Shown here: positions 55,601 to 62,585 of the stretch, piece by piece
Position numbering within the stretch: the first letter of the stretch is position 1
How the letters are laid out: each line of letters starts with the position of its first letter
IMG/VR virus record: IMGVR_UViG_3300044813_000005
Span: 1-62,585 of that record
Source: a virus
Taxonomy: Duplodnaviria > Caudoviricetes
Direction: 5' to 3' (one strand)
DNA length: 62,585 nucleotides
Made by a program: the position numbers and the translations under genes
The notes under the pieces: generated by a model
The model's database searches: none
What the model saw: the letters and a program-made list of their open reading frames with translations, nothing else
What the model was told of the DNA's origin: nothing

Positions 55601-57725
55601 CGATCGTGCGAACAATCCCAGCGAGGACCCCGACGAGCATGCCGGGGAGACGGCCAAACCAGGCGACGATCGCGTTGACCAGGTCCGGGATAAGGGAGTG
55701 CCCGACGAGGAAGTCGTACACCCAGATGAACGGGGCGGCGATGACGTGACCGACACCGGAGATGACCCCGCCGATGGCGGAGATACCGCCGCGGATGACA
55801 CCGACGATCGCCGTCCACAAGCCGGAGACGATGGTTGTCAGCCCGGACCATGCGGCGGACCAGTTCCCGGACAGGACGGCGAGGGCCACGGTGATGATCC
55901 CGCGGATGACGGCCAGCCCACCGGAGATGACCGACGAGATCGCCGTCCACACCCCGCGGACAGCGGTTTGCAGACCCGGCCAGAACGCGTTCCACACGCC
56001 GAGGATCGCGGCGAGGTTAGCCCGCAGGACACCGAGGACCACGCCGAGCACGTCACGGACGACGGTCATCACGTTCCCGAACCCGGATGAGGCGATCGGC
56101 CCGATAGAGGCGAAGAAAGCGGACATCTTCCCGCCTTCGGAGACGAAGAACGCCACGAACGCGCCCCACGCCGCCCGCACCGCCGCGACGACGGTCGTCA
56201 CGACGGTGCGGATCCCACCGAAGTTCGTGGCGTACGCGACGCCCAGCGCGACCACTGCGGCTATCGCCAGAGCGATCGGCGCGGACACCGCCGCGAGGGC
56301 ACCTTCCAGCGCATACCAGATGGTGAGGATCACCGTGTCCCCGCCGAAGATGGCGAGGAGCGTGCCCATCGCCGCGCCGATCGCCGCGATCGCCCCGACG
56401 ATCACCCGGGCCGGGCCCGCCATGCCGGCCATCGCCGCGGCGAGCAGGCCCACGCTGACCACGATCAGCCCGAGCGGAGACAGCAGCACACCCAGCGCGG
56501 CGCCGACAGCACCGACGATGAAGATGAGCGGACCGGCTGCGGCGACCACACCGAGGAAGGCGAGGACCGCGTTCTGCGCCGGCGAGGACAGCGACATGAA
56601 CGCGCTCACCGCGCCGACCATCGACAGGGCGATCGACCGGATCGCCGGCAGGAACCGCATGCCGATCGTGATCGCCAGCGTCTCCACCGTCGACCGCAAA
56701 GCATCGAGGGCGCCCTTCGCGCCGGCGTTGTACGCGTTCGCGAGTCGCTGCGCCGCCCCCTGCTCCTCGATCCGCGCTTTGAGTTTCAAATAGTCGGCGG
56801 CGGAGCCGGTCAGCACAACCTGCGCGGCCTTGAGCGCGTAGGACGTGAACATGGTCCCGAGGGCAGCGTTCCGCTGCTGCTGCGTCATCCCCGACAGCCC
56901 CTGGTTGAACTGGGCGATCAGCGCGGGCATCGGCAGCATGTTGCCGTTCGCGTCGTAAATGTTGATGCCGAGCTTTTTCATCTCATCCGACGCTTTAGCC
57001 GTCGGGGACATGAGCGCCCGCATCATCGAGTTCAAAGCCGAACCGGCGCGGGTGCCGGAGAACCCGGCGTTCGTCATCTCCGCCATGCCGGTGACCAGGT
57101 CGGCAACGGACATGCCCGCCCGGGCGAACGACCCACCGGCGTTCTGCATGCCGTAGGCGAGGTCGGCGACGCTGGCCGACGACGCGTTAGCGCCCGCGGC
57201 CATCAGGTCGACAACCTTGTTCGCCTGGTCGCCGGACAGGTTGAACGCGTGCAGGGTGGCCGATGTCAGGTTCGCCGCATCAGCAACGCCGATCTGCCCG
57301 GCGGCCGCGAGGAGCAGCACACCGTGGGCGGCGGCCATCGTGTCGTTGACGGACAGGCCCGCCTTCGACAGTTCCAGCATGGCGATCGCCGCGTCCTTCG
57401 CGGACGTGTTCGGCAGGTGGATGTCCGCGCCCAGCGCAATCGCCGTACGGGACAGGGCAGCCATCTGCGTGTCCGACGCACCCGACGTGGCCTGCAACAC
57501 CTGCATGGCCTGCTGGTAGTCAGCCGACATCGACAGAGCACCGACCGCCGCCGCCGCCAGCGGGGCGGTCACCCCCAACGTCAAGTAGCCGCCGACCCGC
57601 ATCAGGTCAGCACCCGACGCGCCGACGCCGGTGATCGACGACCCCAACGTGCCGAGGGCGGCCTGCGCCTTCGTCGTGTCAGCGATCACCTCGACAGCGA
57701 TGATGGCGCCGGTCAGACTCGCCAA
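52695..57725 (-). CDS. Tape measure protein
   Basis: 1676 aa, TP901-type core, Trp/Phe-periodic repeats. Confidence 0.95.
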   Translation of the reverse strand: MASLTGAIIAVEVIADTTKAQAALGTLGSSITGVGASGADLMRVGGYLTLGVTAPLAAAAVGALSMSADYQQAMQVLQATSGASDTQMAALSRTAIALGADIHLPNTSAKDAAIAMLELSKAGLSVNDTMAAAHGVLLLAAAGQIGVADAANLTSATLHAFNLSGDQANKVVDLMAAGANASSASVADLAYGMQNAGGSFARAGMSVADLVTGMAEMTNAGFSGTRAGSALNSMMRALMSPTAKASDEMKKLGINIYDANGNMLPMPALIAQFNQGLSGMTQQQRNAALGTMFTSYALKAAQVVLTGSAADYLKLKARIEEQGAAQRLANAYNAGAKGALDALRSTVETLAITIGMRFLPAIRSIALSMVGAVSAFMSLSSPAQNAVLAFLGVVAAAGPLIFIVGAVGAALGVLLSPLGLIVVSVGLLAAAMAGMAGPARVIVGAIAAIGAAMGTLLAIFGGDTVILTIWYALEGALAAVSAPIALAIAAVVALGVAYATNFGGIRTVVTTVVAAVRAAWGAFVAFFVSEGGKMSAFFASIGPIASSGFGNVMTVVRDVLGVVLGVLRANLAAILGVWNAFWPGLQTAVRGVWTAISSVISGGLAVIRGIITVALAVLSGNWSAAWSGLTTIVSGLWTAIVGVIRGGISAIGGVISGVGHVIAAPFIWVYDFLVGHSLIPDLVNAIVAWFGRLPGMLVGVLAGIVRTIVSAFTGLVGNMLSLGGQIIGGLVSGLTGAAGTLYGWFRGLPGRIVSAIGSAATWLAGLASSAMSGFVSALTAAAGAVYAWFRGLPLAIGRAVGSAATWLVGLASSAISGFVGALTTSAVAIYTWFRGLSGRITAAVGSAATWLVSLATGAIAGFVGALTAASPVVYAWFRALPGRIVAAIGSAASWLTSLAASAISGFVTALTTAVPAVYAWFRALPGNIIRAIGSAAAWLVTLGRDAVNGLVTGFSQTAPNIYAWMRSLPGAIIRAIGSATTWLVTLGRDAITGLVNGLTNAAPAIWAWFRGLPAAIVRNVSGATTWLLRTGTDMIAGLVRGLVSALPTIVRWFTALPGVIARAIVGATTWLVRNGADIVAGLVRGLASALPTVIGWFVALPNAIARVLTNAVTWLVRNGVEIVAGLVRGLVSALPQIAAWFAALPGVISRFFANAATWLVSHGPEIIRGLVTGMRVALPLIAAVILGIPALIAAAIVGIAAGLAIAGGAIIIGIVKGIHDALPTRLRAGLDEMNRTIIDYFKTAGTWLLSAGTALISGLASGMSGAVHLVTTVLDALRAGFTTAWSAIQAATTATWNAIQSTITTVWNAVSAFLRAGLAALQAAWTAVWSAISGFLSATWATMQATATSAWTALQSFVAAGLSALQSVWDSIWSAISSFLSTTWSVMQGATSSAMSAIQGIISSILAAIQGTFSAVWSAIQGIVSAAMSAIAGAVSSAMSAIQSYVSSAMSTIQGIMSSAWNTVVGIIRGAMSAMAGAVSAGASAIIGVMSGLRSRIIGAFAGAGGWLVSAGAAIIHGLASGILSAMGGLLSSVASIAGKIKALKGPIERDRVLLVDEGTAIIQGLHNGIRGAMPLVERAMRDVTDLVALRTGSSANIMGRIIGPGGLSSLPRTAPTATPPIAATPGAGGVQVHDGAIRVDLHITGANGQTTDIHAAVSSAMDESLTKLVDALRRR

Positions 57726-57728
57726 CGC

Positions 57729-58252
57729 TCACCCTCCCTGCTGCTGCCGGTTGTGATGCTCCTGAGCGGTCGACTCCGCGGACTCGGCGACCAGGGCGGC
57801 GTGCCGCCAGAACGCCGGGGCGTCCGCCAGTTCCCACGGCGACACACCCAAATACTTCGCGGCCCGCAGGTGGACGTACCAGTCGGGCGCCTCACCCATC
57901 GCCCCGTCGGTGACAAGCCAACGGGTCAGGCTTTTCCCTCGTCCGGCACCGCGTCCTTCTGGATCTCCTGGAAGATCCGCCCGAACACCGGCATCGGCAC
58001 CTCGCGGCGCAGCGCGGCCATTTCGATCGGGACGATGTTTCCCTCGTCGTCCTCCAAGTCCCACGAGTCGATGATCGCGATGACCATCGTGAGGAACGCG
58101 TCGGTGGCCTGAGACTCGTCGGCTGCCTGCGCGGTCATCTTGTCCGCGACGTCGGCGGTGAACGCGTTCGGCTTGTAGGTGACCTTGAGGTCGCCGGCCT
58201 GGAAGGGGATGACGAGCGGCTTAGTCTCCGCCCGGATCTGCGAAAGCTTCAA
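57729..58252 (-). CDS. Tail assembly chaperones G (57926-58252) and G-T via -1 frameshift
   Basis: Slippery GGGAAAA at 57938-57932 just before the stop; -1 frame open to 57729. Confidence 0.88.
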
Positions 58253-58268
58253 GACTGGTACTCCTCGA

Positions 58269-59282
58269 TCAGAGGGTCGCTTGGCCGTTCACCAGGGTCG
58301 CCTTGTAGGCGCGGCCCCAGCCCGCGTCGTGGACGATGGTGAACGTGAACTCCACCGCGTACACGCCGTCGGAGTCCTCGAACTTGGAGACGCCGGACAC
58401 CTTGCCGGCGCAGTCCAGGGTGAACGAGTTGTACACGTCCGCCGGTGTGGTCGCACCGCTGTAAATCTTCGGGCCGGTCGCCCGGAACCGCAGGAACTTC
58501 GTCGTGCCGGCGCGCATCGTCGTCAACATCGCCATGCCCGCCGTGTCCGCCTCCACCAGCAGCTTGAACGACGGGTTCGGGTCCGTCTCCACGTGCGCGA
58601 CGAACGACGGCTGCGCCGAGTCCACCACGAACAGCGGGTTGAAGCGGTCGGCGATGTGGAAGTTTCCGCGCAGCACGCGGGTCAGTTTCGTCGTGCCCAG
58701 CCCCGTCGACGTCGGATCGAGGAAGATGTCGATGTGCGTCGGCTGGATCGGCACCGTGTTGATCGACGTGACACCTGCGGAGGTGAGGGTGATCCCGTCC
58801 TCGATCGCCGTCGCGTAGGCGGACCCGCCGAGGCCGACACCCTTCCGGTCCCAGTTCAGGTCGAACGACGTGATGATGAAGTTCGACGCCCGGTGCGCCC
58901 GCGCCGCGGACCCCTGCTCCACCGTGTACGTCTTCGGGGTGTCCGCGCCGAACGACGTCGGGTCGAACACCCACTGGTAGGCGCCGGTCGCCGTGGCCGA
59001 GTCCATGAGCTGTGACGTGGTCGGTGTCGTCACCACCGACGCCAGCGGGTACTGCATCTCCGAATAGGTGGCGTCACCGCCCACGTCGGACGTCGACCAC
59101 TCCTTGCCGTTGTACACGATGGTCGGGTACTTCCCGCCCTTCGGCTGGAAAGTATGGTTTTCCAAGGCCACGGACGGGCCGAGGGACAGGGCGAGGAGTT
59201 GCTTGGTCGCGGCGACGGCCGTCCCCGGAACGCTTTCGACTCCCAACTGGACGACCTGGCTGATCGTCGACCTTTCTACCAT
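58269..59282 (-). CDS. Major tail protein
   Basis: QLGVES.PGT, YTVEQG; upstream of chaperones; GGAG RBS. Confidence 0.88.
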   Translation of the reverse strand: MVERSTISQVVQLGVESVPGTAVAATKQLLALSLGPSVALENHTFQPKGGKYPTIVYNGKEWSTSDVGGDATYSEMQYPLASVVTTPTTSQLMDSATATGAYQWVFDPTSFGADTPKTYTVEQGSAARAHRASNFIITSFDLNWDRKGVGLGGSAYATAIEDGITLTSAGVTSINTVPIQPTHIDIFLDPTSTGLGTTKLTRVLRGNFHIADRFNPLFVVDSAQPSFVAHVETDPNPSFKLLVEADTAGMAMLTTMRAGTTKFLRFRATGPKIYSGATTPADVYNSFTLDCAGKVSGVSKFEDSDGVYAVEFTFTIVHDAGWGRAYKATLVNGQATL

Positions 59283-59316
59283 GATGCTCAACTCCGTAAC
59301 GTGGTAAACTTTCAGG

Positions 59317-60213
59317 ATGGGGACTACCAGCACATGCGCACGGTGCGGTGAGGCGTTCGTGCATCGGAACCGGCCGGCGACCTACTGTTCGCTGGCCTGT
59401 CGGAAGAATCAGGTCACTGCCACTTGCGCTGTCTGCGCCAAGTCCTTCACCCGGAAGGCCAGCCTTGCGGGGCCGTACTGTTCGCGGGAATGCTCCGACC
59501 AGATGTCCACCGGTCGTCCTCGCAATCCCGCCAGGCATGTCGTCCGTACGTGCCCGGGCTGCGCAAAATCGTTCACCGTCCCCACGTATCGAGCGGCCAA
59601 GTTCTGTTCCGCACGTTGCCGTGCGGAGTCGTCTAGAGATGCAAAAGATTGCCCCACCTGCGGCACGCACTTCACGTTCTGGAAGTCCTGGCCGCGCGTC
59701 TACTGCTCCAACGTGTGCGCCGGTAAGGCAACCGTCAGCAACATCGCCCACCATGAGCCGTCCAGTTACGAGACGACATGCCAGGAGTGCGGCACTCGTT
59801 TCGTGACTACGCCGAAACGGTCACGCGGGCGGTTCTGTAGCCGACCCTGCTGGGCAGCCTGGCTGGGGCGTAATGCCCCAACCGGGGAAGACGCCCCGAA
59901 CTGGCGCGGGGGTTCGGAGCCTTACTACGGCGGATCGTGGCACCTGGCGCGCCGAGCCGTACGAATGCGGGACCGCACGTGCGTCGACTGCGGAGTGACA
60001 CCCGAACAACTCGGCAAGTCCCTCGACGTACACCATCTAGTCCCGTTCCGGGAGTTCGGTCGTGAACGTCACGCGGAGGCTAACCGCCTTGAGAACCTTG
60101 TCGGCCTGTGTTCCATCTGTCACCAGGCGCGTGAGTGGGAAGACGGCAGCCCGAAGCGGTGCGCGCAGGCCGCGCAGAAAGCTAAGGCGGCTGAGCGGAA
60201 CCAGGTGGTCTAG
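59317..60213 (+). CDS. HNH homing endonuclease with tandem CxxC...YCSxxC repeats, antisense to tail operon
   Basis: Five Zn-finger repeats, NWRGG, RD..C..CG, VHHL.P, N..ENL..LC..CH; TGgTAAACT leaderless promoter. Confidence 0.88.
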   Translation: MGTTSTCARCGEAFVHRNRPATYCSLACRKNQVTATCAVCAKSFTRKASLAGPYCSRECSDQMSTGRPRNPARHVVRTCPGCAKSFTVPTYRAAKFCSARCRAESSRDAKDCPTCGTHFTFWKSWPRVYCSNVCAGKATVSNIAHHEPSSYETTCQECGTRFVTTPKRSRGRFCSRPCWAAWLGRNAPTGEDAPNWRGGSEPYYGGSWHLARRAVRMRDRTCVDCGVTPEQLGKSLDVHHLVPFREFGRERHAEANRLENLVGLCSICHQAREWEDGSPKRCAQAAQKAKAAERNQVV

Positions 60214-60638
60214 CTGCTGTGGGCGACGATGTTGAACTGACCCCCGAGGTGGAGGTACGGGACGCCCTGCACCACCTCGGGGTAGCTGACGGTGTGCCGG
60301 CGGGCGCATGACAGGAACCCGCCCGGGAGGGTGACGTTCTGCCCGTGGAGCAGCGCGTCGATGCGGCGGGCGATCGGCACGACCTGCCCCTGCGACGTGG
60401 TCTGCATGATGGCTTTCACCAGGTACAGGGTGTCCACCATGATCCGCCCCGAGCCGGCGCCAACTGTCTCGTCCCGCGCGGAGATGAGCGCGAACTGGAC
60501 GTACGGGCCGTGCATCACGTCGGGGGTGATCGCCCCGTTGATCCGCCCGCCGACCAGCCCGTTCAACGTGGCATCGCCGGAAAGGGTGGAGTACAGCCAC
60601 GGCTCGATCAGGTCGACCGTTTCAACGCCGGAACTCAT
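60210..60638 (-). CDS. Tail terminator
   Basis: WLYSTLSGD..L, PYV.F; upstream of major tail gene. Confidence 0.75.
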   Translation of the reverse strand: MSSGVETVDLIEPWLYSTLSGDATLNGLVGGRINGAITPDVMHGPYVQFALISARDETVGAGSGRIMVDTLYLVKAIMQTTSQGQVVPIARRIDALLHGQNVTLPGGFLSCARRHTVSYPEVVQGVPYLHLGGQFNIVAHSS

Positions 60639-61012
60639 GTGATGATGCGGGCCAGCACCTCGGCGGCCAGCCCCGGCTCCTGATGGTGCGCGGCGGGGAC
60701 GAGGTACGGCTGCGGGCCACCGTGCTCGGCGGTGCCGTACTCCACGTAGGCGGCGTATTCGGCGGTCGCCTCCACCTCCCAATGACCGGCGCTGACCTGG
60801 TGGGCGGAGATCGACGCTGCCAGTTCGCCGGGGCTGCGGGGAGTAATGACCATCGTGCCCGGCTGCAACCGCGGCGCGCTGCCCTGCGCTTCGGAGGCGA
60901 TCCGCTCGGCGGTGTTCCCGACCGCACTGTCAGCCTTCCCCGCCATCGTGGCGGCGATCTCCGGGAAGCGGTTCATCAGCACCCGGACGTTGCCGGTGAA
61001 CCCGTCAGCCAT
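60635..61012 (-). CDS. HK97 gp10-like neck protein
   Basis: GEL..SI, YAAYVEYGT, QPYL.PA. Confidence 0.82.
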   Translation of the reverse strand: MADGFTGNVRVLMNRFPEIAATMAGKADSAVGNTAERIASEAQGSAPRLQPGTMVITPRSPGELAASISAHQVSAGHWEVEATAEYAAYVEYGTAEHGGPQPYLVPAAHHQEPGLAAEVLARIIT

Positions 61013-61013
61013 G

Positions 61014-61403
61014 TCAGACCACCTCGCAGACCAGCCGACGGGTCAGCTCCCACGACGTGGGGCCGAGGACACCGAGCACCGAGTACAGGACGCCCAGCGC
61101 TTCCACCCGGTCGCCGATGTCGGCGGGGGTGAGGGCGGGGACGGTGATCGCCGCCCGCATGTGCCCGGATGTGACACCCACCCGGTCGAGGTCGGCCGTC
61201 GACGCGGCCACCCGGTCGGCCTGCTGCACGTTCCCCACCCGGCACGGGACCGGCTCCGGGCGAGCCGTGTAAGTGGTGACAATCCCGCCGGTGGTATCCC
61301 GCACCTCAACCTTGTCGAGGATGACCGCAGTGTCGGGGAGTAGCGCGACGACGACACCGCGGAGCTCGGTCAGGTCGGCGTCGGACAGGATCGGCTCTGT
61401 CAC
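61014..61403 (-). CDS. Head closure/stopper protein
   Basis: D..GG, VPCRV, GDRV; synteny. Confidence 0.75.
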   Translation of the reverse strand: MTEPILSDADLTELRGVVVALLPDTAVILDKVEVRDTTGGIVTTYTARPEPVPCRVGNVQQADRVAASTADLDRVGVTSGHMRAAITVPALTPADIGDRVEALGVLYSVLGVLGPTSWELTRRLVCEVV

Positions 61404-61762
61404 GACACGCCGTCGTACCAGAAGCGGGACAGCCACGCCTCGTCGAGCCGTTCCGTGGCCTCACCGTTGACGATGGGGATGGACCGGGGGTGCTGCCGGG
61501 AGTACATCTTCACCATCTGCTGACAGTGCCCGAGAAGATCGCCACGGTTGATCGCCCCGCCGTCGATGGACAGGTTGAACGCGCCGGCGACCTTCGCCGC
61601 CTTCCACCGCCACCCCTCCGCCGCCGCCCGCCGCAGGTCGTACACCCCGCCGCCGACGTTGGCGATGGCGACGAGCGCGGCCAGGTCATCAGCGGCGAGG
61701 GCGGGGGTCTGGTCGGCGGCGCACATGCGGTTCAGCGCTGCCGCCGCGTCGGTGTCGTTCAC
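61400..61762 (-). CDS. Head-tail adaptor
   Basis: YDL.RAAAEGWRWKAAK; synteny. Confidence 0.75.
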   Translation of the reverse strand: MNDTDAAAALNRMCAADQTPALAADDLAALVAIANVGGGVYDLRRAAAEGWRWKAAKVAGAFNLSIDGGAINRGDLLGHCQQMVKMYSRQHPRSIPIVNGEATERLDEAWLSRFWYDGVS

Positions 61763-61783
61763 AACCCAGCCCCCCACCCTGCC

Positions 61784-61987
61784 TTAGAGAAGCCCGGCTT
61801 CCTTCAACGAGTCGAGCTGTTCCTTCGTCGCCGCCTCTTTGAACGGCCGCTCCGGGTAGTCATCCACCCGGACCTCCCGCTCGGCGGACAGGTGCAGCCC
61901 GCGGGGCAGGTCCGCAGCGTTGTTGTCGGCGGCCTTCGCCTGCTCCTCGGCCACAACCGGGGCCGGATCGTTCTTGCGTGCGGGCAC
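61784..61987 (-). CDS. Small hypothetical protein
   Basis: AAGGAG RBS. Confidence 0.6.
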   Translation of the reverse strand: MPARKNDPAPVVAEEQAKAADNNAADLPRGLHLSAEREVRVDDYPERPFKEAATKEQLDSLKEAGLL

Positions 61988-61997
61988 AGTGTTCTCC

Positions 61998-62306
61998 TTA
62001 GACGACGAGCGACGGGTTGACGTTCACGAACGTCTCCTTGGCGGCCTCGACACCACCGCCGGACCCTTCAAAGCGGACCCCCCACGACCCTGCCGCGCTG
62101 GCCGTGAACTCCACCCGGTACACGCCCTGCATGTCCCGGGTCAGCCCGGTCGTCGGATAGACGAGGGTCGTCAGGGCGGCGTTGGGTGACCGCAGGTACA
62201 CGGTGACGACGGTCGGGTCGGTGAGGACACCGCCGAGGCGGAAGTCAGCCTCCACCGACACCCGCTGCCCGGCGACCACATCCAGAGGGGCGGCGGCCAA
62301 GGTCAT
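61998..62306 (-). CDS. Ig-like structural protein
   Basis: TDP..V.V...P, G.Y.V.F....G.W. Confidence 0.65.
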   Translation of the reverse strand: MTLAAAPLDVVAGQRVSVEADFRLGGVLTDPTVVTVYLRSPNAALTTLVYPTTGLTRDMQGVYRVEFTASAAGSWGVRFEGSGGGVEAAKETFVNVNPSLVV

Positions 62307-62585
62307 CCCCTCACGGTCAGCACAGCGTCGGCGGTCACGGTCGCGTCCAGGCGGACCTGGTGCCGCAGGTAGACGATCAGCTCGGCGTCGGCGACCGGGG
62401 CTGCGGTCAGGGTGACAGTCCCGGCCGGGCCATACAGACGGGTGTAGAAGACGGACAGCAGGTCGCCGGCGGCGGCGAGCAGACTGGAGGGGCGCAGCGA
62501 CACCAACCCGCGGCGGACCGCGGCGGTCGCAGTGACCTGCCCGGCAGGCACCTTCATCCCGACCCGGCGGACAATCCCGGAAGCG
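62303..62585 (-). CDS. C-terminal part of the repeat-rich structural protein starting at 531
   Basis: Frame open to window end (ASGIVRRVGMKVPAGQVTA...), same repeat. Confidence 0.7.
   Translation of the reverse strand, partial: ASGIVRRVGMKVPAGQVTATAAVRRGLVSLRPSSLLAAAGDLLSVFYTRLYGPAGTVTLTAAPVADAELIVYLRHQVRLDATVTADAVLTVRG

Overview
Near-complete genome of a high-GC temperate actinobacteriophage (siphovirus), broken inside a repeat-rich structural gene that continues from position 1 round to the window end. Most genes are on the minus strand. Modules: packaging/head (terS, terL, portal, MuF-like, scaffold, major capsid; 11.6 kb down to 1); head-tail joining, tail, tape measure and fibres (62.5 down to 45.9 kb); accessory enzymes plus endolysin and holin (45.8 down to 39.2 kb); a TraB/FtsK + transglycosylase-NlpC/P60 operon resembling an actinomycete conjugation module (37.8 down to 33.5 kb); an integration-dependent immunity cassette (attP matching a tRNA-Lys 3' half inside the repressor ORF, short tyrosine integrase, Cro); recombination/replication genes with a DpdA-like + VUT deazaguanine pair (32 down to 19 kb). 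A plus-strand island (12.5-16.2 kb) of small genes, including an ArdA-like protein, is driven by five near-identical promoters. They share an operator with the promoter of a ribbon-helix-helix gene on the other side of a candidate cos site and a ~530 bp alternating purine-pyrimidine tract. At least six free-standing homing-type endonucleases are present. All calls come from reading motifs by eye; no database searches were run.
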